Shown here in pieces: positions 24,911-38,245 of a stretch of 64,000 nt of DNA; the stretch's first letter is position 1; each line of letters opens with the position of its first letter. The translations under genes and the position numbers were made by a program. Below the pieces are notes generated by a model, which was not told the origin of the DNA, searched no databases, and saw only the letters and a list, made by a program, of their open reading frames with translations. This DNA is from Lama guanicoe (taxonomy: Eukaryota). Location of the stretch: positions 12,228,879 through 12,292,878 of the forward strand of contig MU053881.1 in assembly GCA_013239625.1 (NCBI GenBank), in the 5' to 3' direction.

Positions 24911-25579
24911 GTCAATGTTCAAAAGGTACTATTGTTAGCAAATTTCATCCCTGCATTGTTGACACAGGTTAGCATTAGATGGCTTTCCTTAATACTGTCA
25001 ACAAGTTCTCTTTCCAAAAACATACTTGCTGAACAGATCATGGCCCTGTCACTTTCCCACAATGCTATCAGCACGATATCTGGGTTCTCATTGACCCTGG
25101 GCTTTCAGTAAGTGGCAAGCGCTTTTTCTCTGTCCAAGGTCCTGCTTATCTTAATGAAGACGCATCGTTGGCACTCGCTTCCCGCATGGCTGGGAAAGAG
25201 CAATACCACCAAAAGGCCCCATCCAGATGGAGGAGCTCAGGAGAACATCTGCCTTGCGTGTCTGTCACCTCCCTACCTCCTGCTGCTGTGTTAGCTGCCA
25301 GCCATTATAGCAGCTCCTGAGTCAAGGGCCCTCTTCTTCCAGTGCTTTCTTGGAGCTTTGACAGATCATCAGCACTGTCATTCCCAACAGCATCATACTG
25401 TCTTCCTTAAAACTGCAGGAAGAACCTAATGGAAAGCTCTGTTCTTTAAAAAAAAAAAAAAAACTCCAAAATGGGATCCATTAAACCATAGTTAAGCCTG
25501 AAAATTTCGTATCAACTGGCATTAGGCAGTTAACTCATTGCTTCAGTTACATGGATAGTCTATAGTGGCCCATATGAGA

Positions 25580-26400
25580 GTGCATTCATACCTCTCCATC
25601 TCCTCTACCACCACTCTAGTCCAAACCACCCTCATCTTCTGCCTAGATTATTACAACAGCCTCCTAACTGATCTAGTCCAAACTACCTTAGTTGGAACCA
25701 TCACTTGTCTGATCATTGCTAATAGTAAGTAGCCTCGTAATTAGCATGTTTCCACTCTAATCCTCTTCATCCTCATTGGTTTTCCACATGTGGGCATGGG
25801 CAGTGACATTTTGGAAACCAAGTTCTGAACATCTGAGTTTTGATTAAAACCTTTCAATGGCTCCCCAAACTCCTAGAGATTATTACTGACAAGTCAAGGT
25901 TCCTATGGGCACCCTGAAAGTGATGCATAATCTAGTCTTTGCCTCTCTTTTATTTAACACACCCCACCCTTGTTCCCCATACTTTAGTTCTATTGGACTT
26001 TTTTTTTCTATTCTGCCAACATGTGATGGTCCTTCTGCCTGAGAGACTTTTTTTTAATATTGTTGCCTCAGACTGGAAATCATTTCCAACCTCTACCACC
26101 TACTAAATCATCACCTTTCATATCCCAATTCAAACACCAGTTCCTCAGAGATACCTGCCCTGTGCTCCCAGACAGCTCCATCACCCAATAATCCTTTCTA
26201 CAGCTCCCTCTACTCTACTTCTGAAGCTCTTACAGTTTGTAATATCATTGCACTGTGATTATTTGACTAGATACCTATCCCCCTCCTTGGCTGTATTCGC
26301 CAAGAAGCCAGAGGCTTTGCTTTTATCACCTCTTGAATCTTAGCATTTTCTGGCTCCAAAGCTAGTGCTCAGGATGCTGCTTTCTGAATAGATCTGTCAA
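25580..26400 (+). mobile_element. L2 remnant
   Basis: CCTAGATTATTACAACAGCCTCCTAACTG..TTAAAACCTTTCAATGGCTCCCC. Confidence 0.7.
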
Positions 26401-27234
26401 AGAACAAATAACCATTTAAACCTAAGTGGTTCTCAATATAAACATTGCCTGTTTAAGTTTTTTAAAACTATGTCATTTGATTCACTTTATATAGTAGAAA
26501 TAACAACATCAATACTTCCAGACATGAAGTTGAGCTTAGAACTGAACTAAGAGCTGAGCCACTCATATCTGTTTTGAGTAACATTTGGCAAAACCAAAGA
26601 CTTTTATCTACTCTATTCTTCTCGTTGATGGTACATACAAAACAACTCGACTGTGGACATAAGCAGCAAGGTCAAATTGGAGCTGGCCAAATCTGCTTCT
26701 GCAAGTTTACCTAATCTACTGAATGAAAATGAGTATCTGCTTGCATAATTCTGGTAAGTCCTTCTTGGGTTTCTTGGTACCAATTCCATATTTCAAGCGA
26801 ACTAAAAAGGCAAAGCCTTGCTCTATTATATTATTCCTTCCTTTGAAAAATAAACCATTTTCATAAATGTGTTTAATAATGCTACTTTAAACTTCTGAGG
26901 TTTTTTTTAAGTATCATTTTATACTGTAGAAAAAGAATAAATTCCCATGAAAAATAACAAGAAAGAAAAGGAGGGAAGACAGAAAAATATAAAAATATAA
27001 AGCAATACTTAGAAAGCACAATAATTAGTCCTGAGTCTCAAAACTAGGGACTCTGTGAAATCAACATGTTATTCTAATGTAGATACAGGAAAATGTAATG
27101 GTATTTATATACAATTACCCCCTTATAATTAACCACTAAGTTAAGAAGGATTTAAAGGACATAAAATGATACTTGATATTCAGACATCCCAATATCAAAA
27201 TTCTATCAGATCATGGGCAAAAACCTTATTTCTT

Positions 27235-27705
27235 TAATAAAAGCAATAAATATTTATGGATTATCTGCTATATGCCCAGCAATGGGAACCATCACTAAAG
27301 AAAACCCAAAATCTCTGTCTCACAAAATATATATATTAATAGGTAAAGATAATCAATAAGAAATAAATATAATCAGTACCTCATATAATTTGTTGGAAAA
27401 TGACAAATTCTACAGGGAAAAGAAAACCAGAAAGGAGTTGAGACAACAGGGATGGGGAATTGCAATTTAGACAAGGTGGAGATAGTAAGCCTCATTAGCT
27501 CTGTGACATTTAAGCAGAGTTTGAGGATGGTAACAGAACTAGCTCGCTACTTGAATATTTGGAGGAAGTGCATTTCAGGTAGAGGTCAAGACTGTATCTG
27601 GGATATCCTAGGAACAACAAAGATATGTGTAAGGCTGATGTGGAGCCAAGCGAGGCTGGAAGATATAGGAAAGGAATCCAGAGAAGTGCTAAAGGAGCCA
27701 GACCA
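27235..27705 (-). mobile_element. L2 remnant
   Basis: AATAAATATTTATGGATTATCTGCTATATGCC..GTGACATTTAAGCAGAG. Confidence 0.6.
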
Positions 27706-28266
27706 TGTATTTTCATTCCCCTGTTTGTTAACAGTGTTGAACATCTTTTCATGTGCTATTTGTATACACTCTTTGGTGAAGTGTCTGTCCAAGTCTTTGC
27801 CAATTTCTGAAATTAGTCTGCTTCTTTCTTTACTTTTGAGTTTTGAAAATTCTTTATATATTTAGGATGCAAGTACTTTGTTTCATATATGGGTGGCAAA
27901 TATTTTCTCCCAGCTTGTAGTTCGTCTTTTCATTCTCTAAATAATGTCTTTTGTAGAACAAAGACATTTAATTTTGATGAATTCCTATTTATCAACTTCT
28001 GTTATGGATTCTTAGATGGAACTCTCCAAAGAGTTCCATCTAAGAATACTTTGCTTAACCCTCGGTCATGAAAATATCCTTCTAAAAGTCTTATAATTTT
28101 AAAATTAGATTTGTTACTCATTTCAAATCGATTTTTAAATAAGGTACTGGATGAGACTGAGACTCATATTTTTGCATATGGGTTCAAACAGTTCCAACAC
28201 TGTTTGTTGAAATGACTATTCTTTCTCCACTGAATTTTTTATGCACCTTTGTAAAAAATCAAATGG

Positions 28267-30305
28267 CAACTATACAATGGAATATTATTTGGGAACAAAA
28301 AAAATGAGTTATCAAGTCATGAAAAGACAAGGATGAATCACAAATGCATATATTTGAGTGGAGAAGCCAGTCTTTAAAAGCTACATACTGTCTGACTATA
28401 ATTATATGGTATTCTGGAAAAGGCAAAACTACAGAGACAGTAAAAAGATTAGTGGTTGCCAGCAGTTCAGCAGGGAAGGGCTGGGTAGTTGAAGCACAGG
28501 GGAATTTTTAGGGTGATGAAACTATTCTGTATGGCAACTGCTGATACATGACCCTATGCATCTGTCAAAACCTATTCAACTTTATAGCACTTTACAATGG
28601 ACCTTAACGTATGCCAATTTTTAAACATTACTTAGGATAAAATGGGATCCCAGGATGCAATGCAGAATGTGACAATGCAGTCTAACTGTATTGTAAATAA
28701 ATGAAACAGCTTCACTAGAAGGGATGGGAGAAAAGGTGGTGATCTAAGTAACTTTATAGATTAGTGGAGTTCATAAAGTTAAAGGTAAAAGAAAACGTAT
28801 TTTAACTCTGTGCTCTATTGTTTCTCATCCTTTTGGCTAAGATCAAGTGTAAATGCTATGTTCTAGCTGATAAAGTTTTTTTCCCATGCAAGTACTGGTG
28901 GACAAATTTAACTCAGCTATAAATATATACTGGAATTAAACAATTAAGTTTATCTATGGCAAAGGATGGGAGCCAGGTTTCTCACTGCTCTAGTGGGAGT
29001 TTACAAATAAGCAAGAGAAGAAGAGTGATCCATTTGGTAATGGAATTAGGGTTGGAGACATCATTATTAACTCATGTTTAGCTTAATGTAAATTAAAATG
29101 GTTACATGAAGAAATATTTATAAACATAAGTTAACCATACACATATTTCCTTGATCCATCAACTAACAGGGCCTAGAACCAACAATATCTCAGCAGCAAT
29201 GAAAACACAAATGTCTGGATCTTGGTTTCTTAATACCATTATCCAAGGAAAAGAACCAAGTCATCTTGGAGAGTGAGGGACTCCTGGACTTGAGCAGGAA
29301 ATAAAGAAGAGGACCCAGAACAGGAAAAATATAAGCCAAGAACATCTTGCAGTGCCAGAAAGTAAGGAAGTATTTAAAAAAAAAAAACCCTGAATGAATA
29401 TGAAAGTGACACAGGAGCCAATTGAAAGAGTTCTCGATGTCCAAACTTGGAACAATTTGAGTAAAAAATAAAGTGGTACTGGATTATAACCCACAGCATA
29501 AAATAAATCTCCATGAGACCATACTAATAGAAATAAATTACTCAATAAATAAATAAATTGGAAGAACTTAATATTTTATGCAGAAGAATTCCAAATAATT
29601 TACTTGCATAGTCCTCCCAAGACAGAGCATAACTGTTCACTCCTTAAGTGTGGGCTATGCATAGAGACTTGCCTCTAAACAGTAAAGTACAGAAAGGGGT
29701 GAAATGGGTAACTTTTCAGTTGAGAAACCTGACAAACTCTATTTCAGCCAGATGCTCAAGGTCAACGTTAACAGTGATATTGATGTCATATTGGTAGTAA
29801 GTGCCCTTGATATGATATGATGAAAAAGGCACTTTACCTCTATGGTCTTCTTCCCAAAAAACAATAACCCCAGTCTAATTATGATAAAAACATCAGAAAA
29901 AATCCAAATGGAAGGGAAATCTACAAAAGACCTGACAAGTACTCTTCAAAATTGTCATGGTCAACAAAAATAAGGGAAGCCTGAGAAACTGTCAGAGCCA
30001 AGAGAAACCTAAGGCTAGATGACAACTAAATGTATTGTGTATCCTACATGGAATCCTGGAACAGAAAAAGAAGTTTAGCTAAAAGCTAAAGAAATCCAAA
30101 AAAAGTGTGGACTATAGTTAATAATAATGTATCAATATTGGTTTCCTAATTATAACAAATGTACCATAATAATGTGAGATGTTACCAAAAGAAGAAACTG
30201 TGGAGACAGGGTATATGGGAATTCTGTATTCTCAGTTTTCCTGTAAATATAACATTATTCTAAAAGAGTTTATTTTTAAAATAAATAAAACTGTTCAAGT
30301 GGAAA
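28267..30305 (+). mobile_element. L1MC/MD-like 3' segment inserted in the host L1
   Basis: Begins TATACAATGGAATATTA (ORF2 end), followed by a long L1M-type 3'UTR ending in an A-rich tail. The host resumes on the other side. Confidence 0.75.
28817..28851 (+). pseudogene. 3'-truncated U2 snRNA retrocopy (U2 nt 1-35)
   Basis: ATTGTTTCTCATCCTTTTGGCTAAGATCAAGTGTA vs U2 ATCGCTTCTCGGCCTTTTGGCTAAGATCAAGTGTA: 31/35 identical, last 23 nt exact, two mismatches consistent with CpG decay. Confidence 0.9.
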
Positions 30306-31269
30306 TAAAATTCAATGATCATATTTGTGTTGGTCTATTTCTGGACACTCTTCCATCCCACTGATCTGTGTGTCTGCCCTGTTGGCAACAGCTCACTGTC
30401 TTGATTACTGCCGCTTTGTAGTAAGTTTAAAATTGAGTAGTTTGATTTCTCTAACTTTATTCTTTCTCAAAATTATTTTGGCTATTCTAATTTCTTTGCC
30501 TTTCCATACATGTTTTAGAATCTGCTTGTCTGGTTCTATAAAAATCTTGCCAATATTTTTATTGGAATTGTGTTAAATCTATAGATAATTTTGGGAAGAA
30601 TGTAAATCTTTACTATGCTGAGTCTTCCTATCTATGAATATGGTATGTTTGTCTATTTACATACATCTTCTTAGTTTTGTTTTGTTTTTTTTTAGCAGCA
30701 TTTGTACTTTCAGGATACAGCATATTTTGTTAGATTTTTCCTAACAATTTCATTTTGAGAGCCAATCTAGAATTCTGTGCACTGTGAAATTATCCTTCAA
30801 AAGTGAAGGAGAAATAAAGATTTTTCTCAAAAACAAAAATTAACCAAGTTTGTTGCCAGTAGACTTGCCTTACAAGAAAATATAAAAGCAGCTCTTTAGA
30901 GAGAAAATGATATAGTTCAGAAACTCAGATTTACATAAAAAAGGAAGAGAATCAGAGAATGAACAAGTGAAGATAAAATCCTTTATTTTTCTTATTCTTA
31001 GTTTCTCTAACAAAATAGTTTGCTTAATATAGAGAATTTGGCTGTATATAATTTTACTCAATTTTATATTTTTATATATGTTCATTATATATTATTATTT
31101 ATTTTATATGTATATATTTAATATATATGCTTATGTGTACATATGTATAAAGTAAATAAATGGTAGTAGTGATAAAAGGGACAGAAGGGAGGAATTAGAA
31201 TTATTTTATTATTATAAGGTATACACACTAACCTTGAAGTGATACAGTATTATTTAAAAATAGACTTGG

Positions 31270-31465
31270 GGATTTCAAAATATAGAATAGATAAACAAGA
31301 TTATACTGTATAGCACAGGGAAATATATACAAGATCTTGTGGTAGCTCACAGCAAAAAAAAAGTGACAATGAATATATGTATGTTCATGTATAACTGAAT
31401 AATTGTGCTCTACACTGGAATTTGATACAACATTGTAAAATGACTATTAAATCAATAAAAACATG
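31270..31465 (+). mobile_element. Young camelid-type L1 3' end nested in older L1
   Basis: Near-identical to 147-270. TSD-like AAAAATAGAC on both sides. Confidence 0.85.
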
Positions 31466-31879
31466 TAAAAAAAATAGACCTGAATTAGTTGTAACAGTAT
31501 ATCGCAAACTCTAGAACAACCACTAAAAAAAGTAAAAAGAAGTATAACTGATATGCTAGGAAAGGAGAGAAACTGGACTCATACAAATGTTCAATTAAAA
31601 GCCACAAAATGCAGAAAAAATAGTGAATGAAGAACAAGGGAAGTAAATAGAAAATAGCAACAAATATGGTAGATATTAACCCAGCTATACCAGTAATCAG
31701 TTTAAATCCCAATGGCCTAAATATACCAATTCAAAGACAGAAACTGTTAGAATGGGTCAAAAAACAAGACCCAACTATATGTTGTCTATGAGAAACCCAC
31801 ATATATATAAAGGCATGTATTATAGAAGTGAGAAAAGATACACCATGCTAACACCAATCAAAAGAAAGTGGGAAGCACA

Positions 31880-32045
31880 AACCACTGGCGGTAAGATAGA
31901 CTCAAGGATGTATTGTGTAACATGAGGAATAAAGCCAAAATTTTGTAATAATTGTAAATGGAAAGTAATCTAAAAGTCATATACAAAATTTAAAATAAAC
32001 AAATAAGTAAAACTTTAAAAATTAAAAGTAAAAGTAAATAAATAA
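31880..32045 (+). mobile_element. Second nested short L1 3' end
   Basis: TAAGATAGACTCAAGGATGTATTGTGTAACATGAGGAATAAAGCCAA..A-rich tail, interrupting the endonuclease region. Confidence 0.6.
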
Positions 32046-35000
32046 GAAAGCCAGAATAAAAGGATTACCACTTCAAGAAGACGTAAATGTGTATGTGCCT
32101 AAAAGAGTGTCAAAATACATAAGGCAAAAACTAATTCAACCATGAGAAACAGGTGAATTCATGATTATAGTTGGAGACTTCAGCACCCCTCTATCAGAAA
32201 TGGACAGATCCAGTGGGCAGAAAAACAGGAAAGACAAAGTTGAAGTCAACACCATCAATCACCTGGATATAACTGACATCCATAGACTGTCTCATCCACA
32301 TTCTTCTCAAGCTCACATGGAACATTCACTAAGAAAGACCACATTCTGAGCCATGAAGCATACCTGAATAAATTTAAAAGCACAGAAAACATACAGTGTC
32401 TCCTCTCAGATCATGACGGAATTAAACTAGAAATCGGTAACAGAAAGATAGCTGTAAAATCCCAAAATACTTAGAAACTAAATAACATGCTTCTAAATAA
32501 TACAAGTCAGCTAAAAGCCTCAAGATTAATTTTTAAATTTTTGAACAAAATGAGAATGAAAATACAACTATGCAGAATGCAATGAAAGCAGTGCTTAGAG
32601 GGAAATTTATAGTATTGAATACATATATTAGAAAAGAAGAAAGATAAAAAATTGGTCATCTCAGTTTCTACCTTAAAAAACTAGAAAAAGAAGAGCATTT
32701 TATAGCCAATGGAGGGAGAAGAAGAGAAATAATAAAAATTAGCACTAATATCCTGCAACCTTGCAAAACTCACCTATTAGTTCCAGGAGCTCTTTATTTG
32801 GTTTGATTTAGTTTAGTTTTTGTTGTTGCTGCTGCTGTTATTGTTTGTAAATTCCTTGGATTTTCTATGTAGAAAACCATGTCTGCAAATAGGGACAATT
32901 TTATTTCTTCTTTTTCAATTCGTGTGTCTTTTATTTCTTTCATGGCGTATTACACTGGCTGAGACTTCTAACAGAATGTTAGATGGAAATGGTGAGATAG
33001 GATATCCTTTCCTTGTTACTCGTCTTCCTGGGCAAAGCGTTCAGTCCCTCACCAGTAAATGATTTTGGCTATGGCTTGTTTATAAATACCAGTCATTGCG
33101 TTAAGGAAATGCTCTTTTATTCCTAGTTTTTTTGAGTTACCGTAAGAAATGGATGTTGAGTTTTGACAATTTTTTTGGTATCTATTGATATGGTCGTATA
33201 GTTTTCCTTCTTTCAAGTGTTAATGCAGTAGATTACCTTGATTGATTTTTCAGATACTCAGCCAGCTATATGTTTCCAGGATAAAACCTGCCTGGTCATG
33301 TTATGTTATTCCTTTCATACACTGTTGGATTGAATTTGCTAATATTTTATGGGAAATTTTTACATTGAGACTCATGAGGGATACTGTTTTATTGTTTTGT
33401 GGTTTTCTTCCCTTGTACCATCTTTGTCTTGTTTTTATGTCAGGACAACGCTGGCTTCATAAAATGAGTTGGAGAATATCCCCTCCTCTTCTATTTTCTG
33501 AGAGAAGTTATACAGAATGTGTGCTAATTCTTCTTTAAATGTTTGTTACAATTTACTAGGGAAACCACCTGGGCCTGTAGATTTCTTTTACAGAATATTT
33601 TAAACTATGTACTTAGTTTTTAAATAGTAAAAGGCCCATCCCAATTACCTATTTCATCTTGCGTGAGTGCGATAATTTGGCTTTTTCAAGGAATTAGTAT
33701 ATTATCTACTGTGTACTGCTGAATTCATATGCATAGAGTTGTTTGTAAGATTTCTTTCTTACCCGTAATTCTGCAGAGTCTGTAGTGATAGCCACTGATT
33801 TTACTCCTGATATTTATACAGATATTGTTATCTGTAATTTGTATCTTTCTTATTTTTGTGTTCAGTCTTATTAACAACTCTGTACTTTTGATACTTTAGA
33901 TTTCTTACAAAAAACATTTGTCATTGTATAGTTCAGAAAATATCATAATTTTAAATACCATTTAAAATTTGCTCATTTCTACTCTTGTGGATAATAATGA
34001 CTACCACATGGAGTTGATATGTGGCTTAAAAGTGATAATGCACGTTAAAGTTCTGTATAGTCGATATTCATATGTTAGCTATTATGATTATAACATAAGT
34101 AAAGGAAGACAGTTGTGTAAGTGAATTAGAAGAATATTGTTATCCAACTTAGGAAGAAATATTATTTGTATTATGATTTGGGGAGGTTCATGAGAATAGC
34201 CTAAATTTAAAACCATGGTTTCCTACAACATTTAGAATAAGATTGTCTACACTTAAAATTTTAATCACTTCTGAAAATGCCTAATCACAACTAACAATTC
34301 AAGATCTTTGTAAACAAGTACAAAGAACAGTAGAAGACAGGCAATTATTTTATTAGTTCTGAAGTATCCAATGTACTTCTTTGAAGACCAGTCGCCTAAA
34401 CTAAATTCTACAGTATAGTTAATTGATTCATGTTACATATTTAGGTCCCCAGGTAGAACACGCCAGCTTACTTGTCCTATGTTTCAAATTAATCCAAAAA
34501 AAAAAGGTAGTATAAACCCGTCCTGCAAAGAAACAGTTCAGATTATATAATTTTAAACTTCACGTTTTATATTAGCATAGAGTTTAGGGGTAAATGGGAG
34601 GAGAATTACATTTTCCTGTAGAGTATGTAGAGTGGGCTGGTACAGATACTCGATCTCATGAAAAGAGCTGCTGAATTTCCTTCGCTCTGAAGCCCAGAAA
34701 CACCCTCCCTGGCATTTGGAAGATGCTATTCCATGAAGAAGTGATCTTTTAAATACTGTGCTCTCAGAGCCCCATGCAGGCAGGAACGAGGCAAGGGAAA
34801 TGACAGGGTGAGAAGGATTCCAATTGTAGGAGAAAGAAGAGCATTAGATAAAGCCAACACACTCAGTCATGATTTATGCAATACCCAACTACTAATTCTC
34901 AAGCCAACAGCACACTTTCAGGCTATACGCAAACCACCAAATTACCATAAATTAAGCTCGGGCAAAAATAAGGCCTTTTAAAATGGACATTTTACAGTGG

Positions 35001-35775
35001 CTATTGACTACAATGTTCAGTTTGCATTAAATCTTCCGAAACATTGTTCTTTGTCAACTGAATTAGTAATTGGTGTCTTCTTGGGAGGGAAATATATAAT
35101 GCTTCAAACTCCATATATATTACTCACCACAATTAAAGTCACTCGCTGTAAGACGCTGCTATCTCTTTGCATCAGACTAATTATTTTGTGCTTTTTTTTT
35201 TTTACTAAGATAATGGGACACTGCTGCCAGTGGGCAAATCCTGATCATATATTATGTGGTACTTCCTAGCAATTTTTGATGAAAACTACAGGTAGAGACA
35301 GATTATAATGGGAACATCTAATTGAAATTCATCTCCATTTTGCTTCAGTTGGAACACATGCTGCTTGAGCCCTGAAACACATTCAGTTTCATTCAAATGG
35401 GATGCAGGTATTGCAGGCAAAAACTAAGTTAAAAAAATACATATATTTCAGAGGGTCCTGGAAGAGAGTGAAGAGGACCACAAAGGCTGACCACTTGAGT
35501 TTATTAGGTGACTGCTTCCAAGGTAGGAGTAGACAGTTGAAGTCCTACTAGGGGTTAGTAACCCCAAGTGCACAAGGCCCATGATGAAGAGTGTTCAATC
35601 CTTTAAGAACTTCCCCCAGACTCCACAGTCAGGTCTCCCCACCACTGTGCAGGTCCCCACTGTGTCCTCCTCCCATGTCCTGCCCCTGGCACTGCCTTCT
35701 AGGGCAGAAGATGGAGATTTTTCCAGTGAGACATTGAGTAGGAAGCCATCTCCTTCCCTGGCCAAAAAATTTTAT

Positions 35776-35792
35776 ACACAAACACACACCAG

Positions 35793-35825
<33 letters not shown>

Positions 35826-35926
35826 TCTTAGCTACATACCTTCATACATATATGCACATACACATACAATAAAGTATGCATACATTTATTATATATATAT
35901 ATATATGTGTGTGTGTCTATATGTAT
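35776..35926. repeat. Compound (CA)n/(TA)n/(TG)n microsatellite
   Basis: Directly visible. Confidence 0.9.
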
Positions 35927-36093
35927 ATCCTCCTCCTTGGCTGTAAACCAAAACACCCCTCAGTGGCAATGAGACTGATAAAATGCTTAGCAAAGTATCA
36001 TATAAGTACTCAATAAAATATTACCTAAAATGGAAAGTTTCTGAGTTCCTTTTCCTAAATGCCAGACAAGGTACTTCTTAAGCGCAACTGATG

Positions 36094-36385
36094 AAACAGA
36101 AACAGACTTGCAGACTTAGTACACAATCTTATGGTGACCGGGAAAAGGAGATGGGAGGGGATAAATTTGGGAGTTTGAGATTAACAAATGTTAACCACTA
36201 TCTATAAAAATAGATTTTAAAAAGGTTTCTTTTGTATAGCACAGAGAACTGTGTTCAATATCTTGTAATAACCTTAATGGAAAAACAACATGAAAACGAG
36301 TAGATGTATGTATATGCAAGACTGGGACATTGTGCTGTACACCAGAAATTGACATATTATAATTGACTGTGCTTCAGTTTAAAGA
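36094..36385 (+). mobile_element. L1 3' end
   Basis: L1 3'UTR shared with 38004-38245. TSD AAGCGCAACTGATG (36080-36093) / AAGAGCAATTGATG (36386-36399). Confidence 0.88.
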
Positions 36386-36399
36386 AAGAGCAATTGATG

Positions 36400-37195
36400 T
36401 ATTTATTTATCCATTCATTCATTTAACCAATATTTGATGCACACCAACTAGGTGCCATGTACTAAAACAGATGCCAGAGATGCAGGCATGAACTTCAAGA
36501 AGCATCGTTTTCGTGGGGAAGAGACAAACAGGTACATGTGTCAGGTGGTGATATGTGCTACGAAGAAAAATAACAAGCTGCCATGAAAACAGAATAATGG
36601 TGGGCGCCATATATATGGTAACCAGGGAAGGCTTCTCTTGTATTTTAAGAGACCTGAATGAAATGAGAGAGGAAGCCAGGCAGGTAACAGGAGGAAGCGC
36701 ATTTTGGGCAGAAGGAACGGCATATGCACAGGCTAGGAAGCAGGAGCAGACTGTAGCTGGATTACCACGAGAGAAGGGGCGAGTGAAAGGAGATGAGGTC
36801 GGAGAGTGAGCAGAGGGAAAGACAACGTTCAGGCTTGTCAGCGTGGGTAATGGCTTTGGCTTTTACTCTGAGTAAGGCGGGAGCCATTGGAGAGTTTTGA
36901 ACAGAGGAGCTACATGATCCAACCTTTTATATGGTTTTCTCTCTTTGCTGTGTAGGAAAAAAGATAGAAGGGAAAAGGAAGAGAAGCAGGCAGAGAAATT
37001 AGGGGGTGACTCACTAATCCGAGGGAGACATGATGGTGCCTGGAACCAGAGCACTGTAGTGCAAGGGGCGAGAATATATTTTGAAAATCAAGACCATAGG
37101 ACTTGCTGATAGATTTATGTGGAGCATAAAGATAAAGAAGGAATCAAACTTTACTCCAAGATTTCTGCCTGTGCAACCAGAGTAACAGAGTTGCA
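36400..37195 (-). mobile_element. L2 (3' part)
   Basis: CCATTCATTCATTTAACCAATATTTG tail; GGGAGCCATTGGAGAGTTTTGAACAGAGG. Confidence 0.8.
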
Positions 37196-38003
37196 TGTAA
37201 AGTGCCTAGGATGCAGTAGGTGCTAAAAGATGTTAGCAATCAGTGTGCATGTTATTTCCTTGATGTGAGACTAGGGACGGGCCCCTTTACCAAGCACAGG
37301 TGGCCTAATGAATGGCTGTAATGAAAGACTGTCTTTCAGCTGTTAGGTTTTATCATCAAAGGCGGGGGGGTACTCTAAATGCCAATAATTTCTTCACTGG
37401 GGGAGGAAGCTGAAGTCTTAAAACAGAAGCTACAAATAAATCCCCAGGGATTCCACGGACAATTTCTATAAAGTTTCTTTTAGTGCTGTATTTTAAGATG
37501 TGCTCAAATCTTCACAGGCAACATACTAAAATCAAAATTAATCCAATCCTTCTGATGTGGAGTTATAATTACAAATGACCATTAAAAGTACGTTTTAAAT
37601 AGAGTGAAAGAAAGGCATAACATAAAACCAAAACAAAACAACAGGGCTGAATGCAGTCTTTTAGGAGGGGTAGCAATGTGGTTTCTTTAAGGAGCTATGT
37701 TTAGAATAGTCGGCATGAATAGTCAGCATATTGGTTACAAAAAGAAATAGCTTCATGGAAAGTGTAACTAGATTCATAGTATAGAATGATACAGCCATAA
37801 TTACCAAATAAGAGAGACTACAATATGCTACAGCTATACTGTTAAATTTACGGCTGACCACCGAGCAGACAATTACGATCTTCCAAAATATTCTCCACGT
37901 AGCCCTTTCCAGAGACGGAATGTGAACTGACTGAACCAGGAGCAGGACACAGGAAGAAATTCTAACGATGTCACCCATGCTCTTGTGGTCTCAAATTTAT
38001 CCC

Positions 38004-38212
38004 TTTGAGAGTCTGAGATTTGCCAATGTTAGCCACTATATATAAAAATAGATTTTAAAAAGTTTCTTCTGTGTAGCACAGGGAACTATATTCAATATCT
38101 TGTAATCACCTTTCATGAAAAAGAATATGAAAACAAATATATGTATATATAAGCATGCCAAGGCATTGTGCTGTACACCAGAAATGGACACATTATAACT
38201 GACTGTACTTCA

Positions 38213-38245
<33 letters not shown>
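38004..38245 (+). mobile_element. L1 3' end with (AAC)n tail
   Basis: Same 3'UTR as 36170-36380. The tail has become ~10 CAA units (explains the poly-Cys in ORF 38113-38427). Confidence 0.88.

Larger units (their letters stand above)
30758..32744 (+). mobile_element. Internal L1 segment: ORF1 end, spacer and ORF2 endonuclease domain (decayed)
   Basis: LNPNGLNIPIQRQKLLEWVKKQDPTICCL*ETH, IIVGDFSTPLSEMDRSS and SDHDGIKLEI are L1 APE-endonuclease motifs. Confidence 0.88.
27706..33870 (-). mobile_element. Old L1 ORF2 host element in three collinear pieces (~27706-28266, ~30306-30757, ~32745-33870)
   Basis: Minus-strand peptides MDRHFTKECIQ / KRCSTLLTNRGMKI (ORF2 C-terminal region), with RT-region similarity further right. 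Many stops. Confidence 0.8.

Noticed and set aside
32161..32349. ORF with endonuclease motif GDFSTPL as a functional gene
   Set aside because: Fragment of a decayed L1 ORF2 with stops, frameshifts and nested insertions.
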